Shown here: one piece after another, positions 16,142 to 25,857 of the stretch
Layout of the letters: the number at the start of each line of letters is the position of its first letter
Position numbering within the stretch: the first letter of the stretch is position 1
DNA from: Candidatus Zhuqueibacterota bacterium
Lineage (GTDB): Bacteria; Zhuqueibacterota; Zhuqueibacteria; Residuimicrobiales; Krinioviventaceae
NCBI GenBank assembly: GCA_034505495.1
Contig: JAPDQV010000001.1
Coordinates: 145,892-209,891, forward strand
Direction: 5' to 3'
DNA: 64,000 nt
The notes under the pieces: generated by a model
Database searches by the model: none
What the model saw: the letters and a program-made list of their open reading frames with translations, nothing else
Told to the model about the DNA's origin: nothing
Made by a program: the position numbers and the translations under genes

Positions 16142-16846
16142 CTACCTGTCGATGTTTTTACGAAAATCAGCGATGGCTTTTTCGAGTCCCACGAGAACGG
16201 CTCGGGAAACGATCGCCCATCCGACATTGTACTCCTCGATCAGTTCTGCGGCATCGGCCAATTCGCGGGCGATCGGGGCTGTAAGTTTCCGTCCCGCTGA
16301 AACGCCCAGTCCCAGCTTTCCGGCCGCTATGGCCGAAGAGCGGAATTGCTCCACGATATCCGCCATGGTGCCCAAATCGTCAATGCCGGAGAAAACAGAC
16401 GTATCCAACTGCACATAATCGACCTGAAGGCGCGCCGCATTGCGAATGGCCGACGGATCAGGGCGAATGAGCTGCGCAACGACAATGTTGCTGTCGCGCA
16501 GCTGTTCCACCAATTCCTGCAAAATCGGCGCCTGTTCTTCAGGACTTTCTTCTCCGGCAGCGTAGCTTTGCGGCAGCAACGTCACCATATCCGGTGCCCA
16601 GGAGACGGCTTTGCGCACCATGGTTTCTTCCGCCGGAACGGCGATATTGAGGTGCGTCTGCACCACCTCCTTGAGGAGCCGAACATCGCGGTCGGAGATT
16701 TCTCCCGATTCATCGACATAAACGACAATGCCGTCGATACCGGCCGCTTCTGCAGCCACGGCCGCGGTGACCGGATCCGGGTTGCGGCCTTTTTTGATCG
16801 CCCGAATACGGGCAATCGGATTGATGCAGAGACATAATCGAGCCAT
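16142..16846 (-). CDS. pdxJ: pyridoxine 5'-phosphate synthase
   Basis: LCINPIARIRAIK-GRNPDPV ... EYNVGWAIVSRAVLVGLEKAIADF pattern colinear with PdxJ (LGVNIDHIATLR...ELNIGHAIIARAV). Confidence 0.75.
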   Translation of the reverse strand: MARLCLCINPIARIRAIKKGRNPDPVTAAVAAEAAGIDGIVVYVDESGEISDRDVRLLKEVVQTHLNIAVPAEETMVRKAVSWAPDMVTLLPQSYAAGEESPEEQAPILQELVEQLRDSNIVVAQLIRPDPSAIRNAARLQVDYVQLDTSVFSGIDDLGTMADIVEQFRSSAIAAGKLGLGVSAGRKLTAPIARELADAAELIEEYNVGWAIVSRAVLVGLEKAIADFRKNIDR

Positions 16847-16867
16847 ACGCTTTCCTTTCGAGTTTCC

Positions 16868-17968
16868 TCAATTCACCAACTGCGAGGCCGGTACAATCTG
16901 AACTCCCGATGCTTGAATTCTCGGCAACATTTGTTTGAGGACCTGCAGCGTCAAGGGACGGGCGTGGCCGATAACGATCAACCGTTCGCCTTTTTGCGCC
17001 TTTTCCGCTGCGGTGCGCAAACGCTCGCGGATTGTTTGTTCTTCCTCTATGGAATCAATAAAAAGGCTGTTGCGGCCGCACGGAACGCCTCCTCGGCGGG
17101 CCGTCCGGTAGGCGATGCTTTGCGTCGAGGTGCTGCTGTCAATAAAGTATTTTCCCAGCGCCTTCAGCGTTTCCATGGTCGACTGCATGGTACGCATGTC
17201 TGCCGTTGCTTTGGATCCCTGATGGTTATTCATTCCTACAGCCTGCGACACCTCGGCAAAAGCTTTACGGATGCGCAGAGAAATCGTCCCGGGATCGTGG
17301 CGAGTAAGCAGAATGTAGCCGTCATCTTTGTAAGGCTCATTGAGCGGCTCCATCGGCAGATGAATGATGACCTCTTTACGATGCAGTTGCGCAGCTTCGG
17401 CAACGCGGGAAGTATAGTCAAGCCCGGGCAGAATCGATAGGGTAAGCGGCGCCTCAAAGGCTAAAAAGTCGCGTATGGTCGAGTTGAAAGCGTAGCCGAA
17501 ATCGTCGATAATAATGGCCAACGCTCCCTCTCCGCTTCGAGCTTCTCCTTTTTTAAAGCGGAAGTGCTTGGCCGCTTTGCCGTTTTTGCCGACGGAAACG
17601 ATTGTCGTCGTGCCTTGTCTCCGTACCTCGATGATCTCATAGCCTCGGCTTTCGAGCCGATTCCGCAGCTGCGCCATCAGGTCGTACAACGGAAACTGCT
17701 GCGGAATGACCGATTCCGACAATGTATCGCCCGAAACGGTTGTCGGCGCCGAGATTCCGTATTCCGTCATCAGCTCGGCAACCACGGCGTCGATGCGCTT
17801 AATGTCTTTGCTTCCGAAACGCGGCACGGAAGAAGAAAAGAGCGTCAGGCGCAGCACAAGCAGCACGACTGCGCTTATGCTGAGAATTCGCGCCAGCCGT
17901 TTTTCCCCAGCCGTCCAGCCGATGGTCGATATTCGTACTGCAGAGACTGTTCGCCTTGCTCTTTTCAT
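16868..17968 (-). CDS. divergent polysaccharide deacetylase family protein (YibQ-like)
   Basis: N-terminal TM anchor; LAIIIDDFGY ... HLPMEP ... NHQGS motifs of the divergent polysaccharide deacetylase family. Confidence 0.7.
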   Translation of the reverse strand: MKRARRTVSAVRISTIGWTAGEKRLARILSISAVVLLVLRLTLFSSSVPRFGSKDIKRIDAVVAELMTEYGISAPTTVSGDTLSESVIPQQFPLYDLMAQLRNRLESRGYEIIEVRRQGTTTIVSVGKNGKAAKHFRFKKGEARSGEGALAIIIDDFGYAFNSTIRDFLAFEAPLTLSILPGLDYTSRVAEAAQLHRKEVIIHLPMEPLNEPYKDDGYILLTRHDPGTISLRIRKAFAEVSQAVGMNNHQGSKATADMRTMQSTMETLKALGKYFIDSSTSTQSIAYRTARRGGVPCGRNSLFIDSIEEEQTIRERLRTAAEKAQKGERLIVIGHARPLTLQVLKQMLPRIQASGVQIVPASQLVN

Positions 17969-17972
17969 CGAT

Positions 17973-18578
17973 TCACTGCCCGAAACGGGCTTTCAAGAGA
18001 CTCCAAGTCGGCAAATCGCCGGTCGAATAATCGATCCATTTGGCGATGTACCAAATTTGATCTTCAGATCGAATAAAGTGAAATTCGGCCTGACCGCGGA
18101 AAACGTGCGGACAGTTGGGCTCGCTGCACTTGTAGTGAACGGTCAGCTCATAATTCTGCAGCAAGACGACGGAATCTTGATAGACGGTTTCGTTCAGACG
18201 TTCAAATGACAACTTTGCAGTCGAGTCCTTCGGCACGTAAGAGAAAAGCTGATTCAGGTAATTCGCCTCTTCTTCTTTACCCCAGCGACTGAATAGAGCG
18301 GGATAAACGTTTGCAACTGCCGGGTCCGCAATAAAAGAAAACGATCGTTTTGCCGTCGAGCTGTCCGACAGGCAGCGCAGATAATTGCTCCGATTCTTTT
18401 CCGAAACAGCGTTGCGCAGATTGATTAACACGTAGGTCGGCGAGACCGGCTGGATCCAATTGGACTGCGTCTGCTTAGGCGGCTCCGGTTCCCGCGTGGC
18501 AAACGGATTGTCGCACCCCGCCATTCCCAATACAATCCACAAAGCGGTCAATTGCAGATGCATTTTAGGGTTAAGCAT
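17973..18578 (-). CDS. hypothetical lipoprotein
   Basis: Lipoprotein signal with lipobox LGMAGC; no recognizable domain; 5-nt gap to downstream deacetylase gene. Confidence 0.5.
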   Translation of the reverse strand: MLNPKMHLQLTALWIVLGMAGCDNPFATREPEPPKQTQSNWIQPVSPTYVLINLRNAVSEKNRSNYLRCLSDSSTAKRSFSFIADPAVANVYPALFSRWGKEEEANYLNQLFSYVPKDSTAKLSFERLNETVYQDSVVLLQNYELTVHYKCSEPNCPHVFRGQAEFHFIRSEDQIWYIAKWIDYSTGDLPTWSLLKARFGQ

Positions 18579-18709
18579 GATTAAATATATCGGAAACGTT
18601 ATCCATTTTCAAGGTCTATTTATCGATTCCTTGAAGCGTAAAATCAAATAAAAGCAGATCAACCTGGATAATGATGAACTTGATTTTCTTTGTCAACGAG
18701 CCGCTCACC

Positions 18710-19094
18710 TCAATCGAGTGATCCCTTGACGTAAAAATCGATTTCGTTTACGGCACCTGCTCGGATGCAAAAGAGCATGACGGCCGCCAAAGGCTCCTGC
18801 GTTACCTCTGATTTGTGGCTTTCAAGGCGAAAACGTGCGACACCGCAAAGTCCCAAGCTTATCGTCTCTTCGACTTTTAAATGAAAGCGGGTGCAAAGAA
18901 TTCTTAGATACTGAAGAACTGTCTCACGGCCCACATATCGGCGGCCGACAGGAGCCGGTTCCGGTGTTGATCAAGACGCAGTCCGGCGCGATCCGCTCCG
19001 CCGCCTGTTCGAATGCGCCGCGATTCAGCGCATCGAGGAGGGATAAAACGGTTCTGACGGTCGTTTCAACGCGCTGCATGGAAACCGGCGACAT
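18710..19094 (-). pseudogene. SnoaL-like/NTF2-like domain gene interrupted by a single frameshift
   Basis: N-terminal part MSPVSMQRVETTVRTVLSLLDALNRGAFEQAAERIAPDCVLINTGTG (19094->~18945) and C-terminal part GRETVLQYLRILCTRF... (18934->18710) lie in adjacent frames; together about 133 aa, typical SnoaL_2 length. Confidence 0.35.
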
Positions 19095-19178
19095 GTCCGT
19101 CTGACCTCAAGTTACATAACGAAAGAAATTGCAAATCGTGCGGCTGAACGGCCCGCCTCAAAGCTTTAGATCCGGTTC

Positions 19179-19349
19179 TTATTGATGTTGAGAGTCTTCC
19201 GGATCGGCGGTCTCTTTTTCAGGTTTGAGCATATTCAGCACCAAAACCGTTCCGAGTGAGATTGCCATAACTGCCAGAATTGCTCCTGCCACCCATTTTC
19301 CGGTTTTGGAAGAATTCTGGATTTTTTTTCGAAGGCTTTTGCCCAACAT
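19179..19349 (-). CDS. small (56 aa) single-TM protein
   Basis: GGAG 8 nt upstream of ATG; MLGKSLRKKIQNSSKTGKWVAGAILAVMAISLGTVLVLNML... one TM helix; directly downstream of HExxH membrane protein gene. Confidence 0.25.
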   Translation of the reverse strand: MLGKSLRKKIQNSSKTGKWVAGAILAVMAISLGTVLVLNMLKPEKETADPEDSQHQ

Positions 19350-19369
19350 GTGAAAAACTCCCTATGCGC

Positions 19370-19900
19370 TTAGTTCGTTTTTGGTTTTACTATAGGCCGT
19401 AACAAAAAATGACTCCTTTTTACTCCAAAAAGCGGTGCGACGCAAGTTGCGGCCAATTCACGGTTGACTAAAAATACGACAAAGGATATTGCCTGCAAAA
19501 CACTCTGGGAGGTATTCAAACCTACGGCGATCCCTATGGCGTCTCCTCCATACAGAAAGGGGCCAAAAGCAAGGTTTAAGGGATCGAGAAATAAAAAGAG
19601 AACGACCGCATAGAAGGTATAGAGGCGCCAAAAGTTGGTCTTTATAGTGCAAAGACGTCTGCGCGCAGCAAAAAGACTATAGCCCAACACGACGGTCAAA
19701 AGATTTGCGCCTCCGGAAATCAGTGCCCAGCGGCTGCCGAGTCGCTGCTCGACAGGGGTTTTGAATACGACTTCCAATCCGAAGGGACGAACTCGAAAGC
19801 CTTCATATTCACCGAACGCTGCGGCGACGAGCGCATGCGCGCCTTCATGAACCGCCGCAAAAGAAAGGACGACGAGCAAAAAAGCGGACCATTTGACCAT
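19370..19900 (-). CDS. membrane-embedded HExxH protein (putative zinc metalloprotease, M50-like/DUF3267-like)
   Basis: 4 predicted TM segments; VHEGAHAL (HExxH) motif in first TM/periplasmic boundary. Confidence 0.45.
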   Translation of the reverse strand: MVKWSAFLLVVLSFAAVHEGAHALVAAAFGEYEGFRVRPFGLEVVFKTPVEQRLGSRWALISGGANLLTVVLGYSLFAARRRLCTIKTNFWRLYTFYAVVLFLFLDPLNLAFGPFLYGGDAIGIAVGLNTSQSVLQAISFVVFLVNRELAATCVAPLFGVKRSHFLLRPIVKPKTN

Positions 19901-19966
19901 AAGATTCCTCCGAATATTATCGTTACAAATTTTCTTAAAGCAACGATTTTTACGAAGGAAACCTCG

Positions 19967-21208
19967 TCAAGATTCTCGACCGATGCGCAAAGGAGCAAGT
20001 TTGCCCATTCGGCGCAATGCTAGGAGTCGTTCGATCAGCCGGTCGCGGATTTCTTCCGGTCGAAAGACGTCGGTGTAGCGCCCTGTGATGCCCTCGAAAC
20101 CGGCGTGGCGGTTTTTTCGCCAAATCACAAGCACGAACCAGGGAAAACGAACCGGCGCCTGCGGCGGAGGATAGAACCATTCTTCGTTGCAGGCTTCCTG
20201 GGCGCCAAATGCCGCATGTACAGCATGGACTACATCGGCCATATCGTCGAAAGCCGCATTCCGGCAATCGTACGGCAGTTCATTGCTTTTATTAATGATG
20301 ATAACGGTGGAAAACGGGCGGCCAAAGTCTGCCGCGGCGACGGCATGCTCGTTTTCGCAGATGATGAGCGAAAGCTTTTCGAGTCGCTGTAGATGTTCCT
20401 GAAGGGCGCGGGGGTTCTTTTTATGCAGCTCAAGACAGTGGCGGATCGGTTTGCCCCAGTAGTCGATGCCGGCCGCCTGGCGATGCAAATGAGAAAACGT
20501 TGCGCCGGCATCCCGTCTCCAATTGGTAAACACGGCGACAAAACGCACAAATGGATTCTGCCGATAGATGTCCCATGTGGTGCTTTGTGTAAAAGCAAAA
20601 AACCGCCGATGCTCCTCGACCGTCATTTCACCTGTGGAAAAGAGATCGGCGTCGGTGAGGGCATTTTTACGGAAATGGAGTTTGGGAATGATCAAGTCGT
20701 GCGAACCGCCGAAAAAGGCGTCGGCGGCCGAAAGCTGCATCGAGTCCCCAACGATCTGACGGCGATGCAGCCGATGGTGCAGCAATTCGAGGATATGCTC
20801 CCTTCCAAGAGGCGTGGAAAGATAGTTTTCCTTAAGCTCACGGCATTCCGGAGTTAATGTATAGCCGTAATTCTCTCGCCAATACTCAAAGGGAATAATC
20901 TCAAAGAGATTGGCTATTCGGCGCATTTCGGCCGGTACGGAAAAAACTTGTTCAGCGGACAGCTTTTTCTCGTAATGCCATTGCCCATTATGCTGTACCA
21001 GTCTTTCCTTTTCGGGTGTTGTGTGTCGATAATGAGCCGGGCAAAAGCTGCAATAGTCCTGCGGGTCATGCAATACGATCGGCTTTGCAGGCAAAGCGTC
21101 CGTTTGGCCCGGCCGGTGTTTCCTGTTGGGAGTATACCAGCATTCGGTTCCGGAGATCGGATTGCGATAAAGGATGGTGCCGTCTTTGAATGTGGTGATG
21201 AGCTGCAT
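19967..21208 (-). CDS. GalT-like HIT-superfamily nucleotidyltransferase (DUF4921/galactose-1-phosphate uridylyltransferase-like)
   Basis: CSFCPAHYRH zinc-knuckle-like motif and FSHLHRQ (HxHxQ) nucleotidyl-transfer motif; start taken at internal ATG (MQLITTFKDG) abutting intergenic region. Confidence 0.5.
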   Translation of the reverse strand: MQLITTFKDGTILYRNPISGTECWYTPNRKHRPGQTDALPAKPIVLHDPQDYCSFCPAHYRHTTPEKERLVQHNGQWHYEKKLSAEQVFSVPAEMRRIANLFEIIPFEYWRENYGYTLTPECRELKENYLSTPLGREHILELLHHRLHRRQIVGDSMQLSAADAFFGGSHDLIIPKLHFRKNALTDADLFSTGEMTVEEHRRFFAFTQSTTWDIYRQNPFVRFVAVFTNWRRDAGATFSHLHRQAAGIDYWGKPIRHCLELHKKNPRALQEHLQRLEKLSLIICENEHAVAAADFGRPFSTVIIINKSNELPYDCRNAAFDDMADVVHAVHAAFGAQEACNEEWFYPPPQAPVRFPWFVLVIWRKNRHAGFEGITGRYTDVFRPEEIRDRLIERLLALRRMGKLAPLRIGRES

Positions 21209-21317
21209 TGTTGAATTATAAAGAATTTGTGCGCAAAGACCAAAGCATTTTGCAAAAGCGTAATTGTATGTTTGCAAAATTCTTTCTATTTTGCGGCAGA
21301 AAAACGGAAATCGAGGT
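21209..21317. promoter_or_regulatory. divergent intergenic region between GalT-like gene (-) and GroES-like gene (+)
   Basis: 109-nt AT-richer non-coding gap flanked by divergently oriented starts. Confidence 0.3.
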
Positions 21318-21689
21318 ATGAAAAAGGGAAACAAAGAACTGATCGTCGTCGGCGATCGCATATTGATCGTGCCGGATGTCGGAGAGGAGAGGAGCAATAC
21401 CGGCCTCTATCTTCCCAAGTGGGCGTTGGAACGCGAGTCGATCCAGGCCGGTCGAATTGTCGAGATCGGCAGCGGGCCGGCCTTGACGCCGCCGGATATA
21501 ATCGAAGATGAGCCGTGGAAAGAGCCGCCTCCGCCGCCGGAACCGCCCCCTCATCAGGCCAGGGTCGGCGATTATGCACTGTTCCTGCGCAAGGCCGCCA
21601 TAGAGGTCAAATTCGAGGGTGATCTCTATCTCATTGTCCCTCAGGCTGCACTCCTCCTGCTTGTTCGTGATATTGATGATTTAGAATGA
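21318..21689 (+). CDS. GroES/Cpn10-like co-chaperonin family protein with proline-rich insertion
   Basis: ELIVVGDRILIV...TGLYLP...GRIVEIGSG...ARVGDYALF...GDLYLIVPQAALLLLV colinear with GroES (RPLHDRVIVK..GGIVL..GEVLAVGNG..VKVGDIVIF..EEVLIMSESDILAIV); 15-aa EPWKEPPPPPEPPPH insertion in mobile-loop/roof region; not adjacent to groEL. Confidence 0.5.
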   Translation: MKKGNKELIVVGDRILIVPDVGEERSNTGLYLPKWALERESIQAGRIVEIGSGPALTPPDIIEDEPWKEPPPPPEPPPHQARVGDYALFLRKAAIEVKFEGDLYLIVPQAALLLLVRDIDDLE

Positions 21690-23755
21690 GCCGTAAAGAC
21701 ACCGAACACCCCTCGCAAAAAAGAGCTTTTTGGGAATGGCGCAAAACTCTGGCCGGGAGGCTCGATCCCCGTGGCGCATCGGAATACACGCTGCTAATCG
21801 GCTTGTCCGCTTTAATGGGGATTGTTGCCGGTTTGGTTGCCGTGGTTTTTCACAGCGGCATCGACTGGATGACTGAGGTTTTTTTCAGCGAACATATCCT
21901 TTCTCACTCTTTGCCCGCATTGGTCATTTTGATACCGGCGGCAGGCATGTTCCTTCAGTGGTTGATGAGGCGTTTGGCGCCCGAAGAGGCAAAAAAGCGC
22001 GGCGTCTATGAAGTAATCGAAGCCGTTTCTTTAAGAGATGGTTACATTTCTCCTAAAACGACGTTGTTCCATTTTTTGGCGCCGATCATCTGTATGGGCA
22101 GCGGCGGCACAGTTGGGCCCGAGGCGCCGGCAGCGCAGACCGGTGCAGGCGCAGTGTCGGCTGTTTGCCGCCTGCTGGGGCTTTCCAAGGCGCAAATGCG
22201 GCTCTTTACTGCGGCCGGCGCAGGAGCGGCTATTGCCGGAGTTTTCAACACGCCGATGGCCGGCGTCTTTTTCTGCATCGAAGTCGTTCTTCTGAATGAG
22301 ATGCACCCCTCTGCGCTGTCTGCTTTCCTGTTGACTTCGGTAGCGGCCAATGCGGTTTCGCGCGCTTTTTTAGGCGACGCCCCCAAATTTACCTTCGGCG
22401 AATTGCACGTTGGACCGCCCCACCATTTGCTTTTTTTTCTTCTGCTCGGCCTCGGCAGCGGTATTATCGCTATTCTTTTCATCAAAGCCAATGACTATTC
22501 TGCTCAAACTGTCGAGCGTTTACCCAGGCGGCTGCCGATCATGTTGACGGTGGGGCTGCTTATGGGATTGTCAGGCTATCTGTTCCCGCAACTCTTCGGA
22601 ATAGGCTACGGCGCCGTCAATGATTTTCTGGCAGGAAAATTATCATTATCGATGAGCGCTTTGCTGCTCGTTCTAAAGTTTCTTTTGGTTACGATGATTT
22701 TAGCATCGGGCGGTTTCGGCGGCGTGTTTGCTCCCTCTTTGTTTATGGGGGCGGCATTCGGCAATCTGTTTGCCCGTATTTGCAATCAGATGTTCGGCCT
22801 CACGTTACACCCGACGACGTTTACTCTTGTCGGCATGGGGTCCATGCTGGCGGGCGTGAATTCGGTGCCGCTCACCTCCATTTTACTTCTCTTTGAGATG
22901 ACAAACGATTACCGCTTTATTCTGCCGCTGATGGCGGGGGTGGTCGGCAGTCATGCCGTTACTCATTTTGCGCTGGGCGGATCAATCTATCAATTCAAGT
23001 TGCGGCGTAAAGGATTAGATAAGAGCCGAGATCGCGAACACAGCATCCTGCGGAATACGCCGGTGCGCAATCTGCTGCGCGAAAAGCCGCCCTGCGTCGA
23101 GGAGACTGCGGCTGTCGCCGAACTGGTCCGTTATTTTGTAGAAAAAGATGTGGAAAGGCTTTATGTTATTCGGCCGGATGGTCAGATTTCCGGTGTGATC
23201 ACCCTGGCAACGATGCGCTACATATTGGCCGAAAGCGAAAACCTGCAAATCATCATCGCCAAAGATGTTGCCGAGCCTCCACCGCCGTTCATTGATGCGG
23301 AAGATACGATCGAGGCCGCCATGCCTGTCTTTGCCAGGGGCTATGAAGAAATCCCCGTCATCGAAAATCGAAATCCTGCCGAGTTTATCGGCGTTCTGCA
23401 TCATAAAGATGTCATGGCCCTGCTGCACCGAGCTCCCGGCAGTCGCTCCCTCGCCGCCAAACTGATGGAAGACATGGTTCGCCTGCGTGAAGAAAAAATG
23501 CTGGAAATCACTCCCGGACTCTTTCTTTACCGCGCGCCGGTGCCTGATGAGTTTATCGGAAAAACGATCGCGGAACTTGCACTGCGGAATACGCTCCGCA
23601 TTGAATTGATGATGATCGAGCGTCGGCGTTTCGATGACCTTGCGCCGCAGCAGATTTTACCGGAAAAGGATACTGTTTTTCATCGCGGCGATGAAATGAT
23701 TCTGTATGGGTCGCGTGAAAATATTGAAAATTTCAAGCAAAAATTCGGCGGCTGA
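21686..23755 (+). CDS. ClC family voltage-gated chloride channel with C-terminal CBS pair and TrkA-C domain
   Basis: GSGGTVGPEAP (GxEGP-type selectivity motif), multiple TM helices, C-terminal CBS-like and RCK_C-like segments. Confidence 0.8.
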   Translation: MSRKDTEHPSQKRAFWEWRKTLAGRLDPRGASEYTLLIGLSALMGIVAGLVAVVFHSGIDWMTEVFFSEHILSHSLPALVILIPAAGMFLQWLMRRLAPEEAKKRGVYEVIEAVSLRDGYISPKTTLFHFLAPIICMGSGGTVGPEAPAAQTGAGAVSAVCRLLGLSKAQMRLFTAAGAGAAIAGVFNTPMAGVFFCIEVVLLNEMHPSALSAFLLTSVAANAVSRAFLGDAPKFTFGELHVGPPHHLLFFLLLGLGSGIIAILFIKANDYSAQTVERLPRRLPIMLTVGLLMGLSGYLFPQLFGIGYGAVNDFLAGKLSLSMSALLLVLKFLLVTMILASGGFGGVFAPSLFMGAAFGNLFARICNQMFGLTLHPTTFTLVGMGSMLAGVNSVPLTSILLLFEMTNDYRFILPLMAGVVGSHAVTHFALGGSIYQFKLRRKGLDKSRDREHSILRNTPVRNLLREKPPCVEETAAVAELVRYFVEKDVERLYVIRPDGQISGVITLATMRYILAESENLQIIIAKDVAEPPPPFIDAEDTIEAAMPVFARGYEEIPVIENRNPAEFIGVLHHKDVMALLHRAPGSRSLAAKLMEDMVRLREEKMLEITPGLFLYRAPVPDEFIGKTIAELALRNTLRIELMMIERRRFDDLAPQQILPEKDTVFHRGDEMILYGSRENIENFKQKFGG

Positions 23756-23812
23756 ATAAGCATGAGATCAGCCAAACGATCCGGCTTTTAAAACTTTTAC
23801 AGGAGGAGAGAG

Positions 23813-24733
23813 ATGAATCGACGTCGATTCCTTCAGGTTGGCGCCATCGGTTTTGCCGGTATGGGGCTCGCCGGCTGCAGCGCGCGCCTGACGACACCCC
23901 TGTTCAAGATTTCTCTTGCCGAATGGTCTCTGCATCGAGCGCTGTTTGCCGGTGAAATCGATCATTTGGATTTCCCGCGCATCGCCAAAGAGCGCTTCGG
24001 CATCGATGGTGTTGAATATGTCAATCAGTTCTTTATGGATAAAGCTCAGGATCGCGACTATTTGAGCGAAATGAAGCGCCGCTGCCGCGATCTCGGCGTG
24101 ACGAGCGTGCTGATTATGTGCGACAATGAAGGACGCCTTGGGGATCCGAATGAAACGGCGCGCCTGCAGGCGGTGGAAAACCATAAAAAATGGGTGGAGG
24201 CGGCCAAATTTTTAGGGTGCCGCGGCATTCGCGTCAACGCCTACAGCGAAGGCGATTATAAGGAGCAGCAAAAATTAGTTGCAGATGGTCTGCGTCGGCT
24301 GGCGGAATTCGCCGATCCGTTCGGCATCAATATTTTGGTTGAAAACCACGGAGGCTTTTCTTCCAACGGCAAGTGGCTGGCGGAAGTGATGCGCATGACC
24401 GCTCATCCGCGCGTCGGCACGCTTCCCGATTTCGGCAATTTTCGTATCAGCGCGGACGAATGGTACGACCGCTACCAAGGCGTGGCCGAACTGATGCCTT
24501 TTGCCATGGGCGTCAGCGCCAAATCGTCGGAATTCAACTCGGAAGGTGAGGAGGTACGCAGCGATTTTTTGCGCCTGATGCGGATCGTTGCCCGTTCGGG
24601 CTATCGCGGCTGGGTGGGTATCGAATACAGCGGCACTCAGCTGTCCGAGATGGATGGGATCGCGTCGACCAAAAGGCTCCTTGAAAAGGTTCGGCGCCGC
24701 CTGACGGCAGAATTCCCCAAGTTCAAAGGATGA
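23813..24733 (+). CDS. sugar phosphate isomerase/epimerase (xylose isomerase-like TIM barrel), Tat-signal lipoprotein
   Basis: MNRRRFLQVGAIGFAGMGLAGCSA twin-arginine motif plus lipobox; ILVENHGG and WVGIEY motifs of AP endonuclease 2/xylose isomerase-like fold. Confidence 0.7.
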   Translation: MNRRRFLQVGAIGFAGMGLAGCSARLTTPLFKISLAEWSLHRALFAGEIDHLDFPRIAKERFGIDGVEYVNQFFMDKAQDRDYLSEMKRRCRDLGVTSVLIMCDNEGRLGDPNETARLQAVENHKKWVEAAKFLGCRGIRVNAYSEGDYKEQQKLVADGLRRLAEFADPFGINILVENHGGFSSNGKWLAEVMRMTAHPRVGTLPDFGNFRISADEWYDRYQGVAELMPFAMGVSAKSSEFNSEGEEVRSDFLRLMRIVARSGYRGWVGIEYSGTQLSEMDGIASTKRLLEKVRRRLTAEFPKFKG

Positions 24734-24759
24734 TGAATCACCGCATCACAGAGAGGTGC

Positions 24760-25857
24760 TCACTCCCGGACGCGGTCATCCAACAGTCTCTTGAGTTGCG
24801 CGCTGCTGCGCGGCGCCCAACCGAATGAGCGCCGCCAAACCTCGGCGCTTTCCATACAGAGGTAAATCGGAACATCGGCCGTATAGCCGCGGATCCAGCG
24901 GTACATTTTGGCGAACAGTTCGATGCGCAACGGCTTGAAATAGCGCAGCTTTTTGTCGATGCCGGGGAGCAGCTCGCCCAGGTAAATTCGGGATTGGGGG
25001 TGGTTTTTGCGAATCACATCCTCAAACGCTGCAGGATAGCGCAATGCTCCGAGGCTGATCCACGCGATGTTCTGAGGTCGAATGACGCGAAAGATCTGGT
25101 CGACTATCTCGCGATAGCCCTCTTCCCATTGGGGATACCAAATCATAGGGTCGAAATGAAATCCCAAACGATAACCGGCCTCTTGAACCTTCCGCGCCGC
25201 CTGCAGTCGTTCCTGCGGCGACGCCGAAGTCCCTTCATCGCTTTGATAAACCGCTTCGGCATTCATCGACCAGGAAACGATGGTGCGTCGGTTGTGCCTC
25301 AGCCCAAGGAGGTTCTCTACAAAGACGTTCTTGCTTTTCAGCTCCAGAACGGCGTTGCGTCGTTCGGCAAAAAAAGAAACCAGCTCGGGCGCCAGATTGA
25401 GGAACGGCTCGAAGGTGAGGCTGTCGCTCAGTTCGCCGGTGCCGACGCGGAAAAAGCTGTTTGAATTGGAAAATTTTTTCTCAAGTTCGGCAAAGAGATC
25501 ATCCCAATTGCAATAGACGGTAATCAGCGGCGTGTTGAGGTAACCCTGCAGCACGCAGTATGAACAGCCGAGGTCGCAGCCGGCGACGACATCCAGATTG
25601 TGGTAGAGGCAGCAGAGGTGATGCTTGGTGCCCGGACAAAGGCGCAGGAAGGGACCGCGCTGTTTGGCGAGCAGGAGAGCACCGCGCAAATCGCGGGTTC
25701 GGCCGGCGCCGGACAGAAGCACCTCCGCCTCCGTCGGCTCAACCGGGACATCCGGAAATTGCTGCAGCACTTTTTGGGCAAGCGGCGACCTGCTAACTGC
25801 CTCTTCGATAAAGATCATGCGGGGACGAAAAACTTCCGGCATAATCGTTTCCGTCAA
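24760..25857 (-). CDS. spore photoproduct lyase (SPL/SplB) family radical SAM protein
   Basis: CDLGCSYCVLQGY (CxxxCxxC followed by YCxLQ as in SplB); about 365 aa; start overlaps stop of ParB-like gene (4 nt). Confidence 0.65.
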   Translation of the reverse strand: MTETIMPEVFRPRMIFIEEAVSRSPLAQKVLQQFPDVPVEPTEAEVLLSGAGRTRDLRGALLLAKQRGPFLRLCPGTKHHLCCLYHNLDVVAGCDLGCSYCVLQGYLNTPLITVYCNWDDLFAELEKKFSNSNSFFRVGTGELSDSLTFEPFLNLAPELVSFFAERRNAVLELKSKNVFVENLLGLRHNRRTIVSWSMNAEAVYQSDEGTSASPQERLQAARKVQEAGYRLGFHFDPMIWYPQWEEGYREIVDQIFRVIRPQNIAWISLGALRYPAAFEDVIRKNHPQSRIYLGELLPGIDKKLRYFKPLRIELFAKMYRWIRGYTADVPIYLCMESAEVWRRSFGWAPRSSAQLKRLLDDRVRE

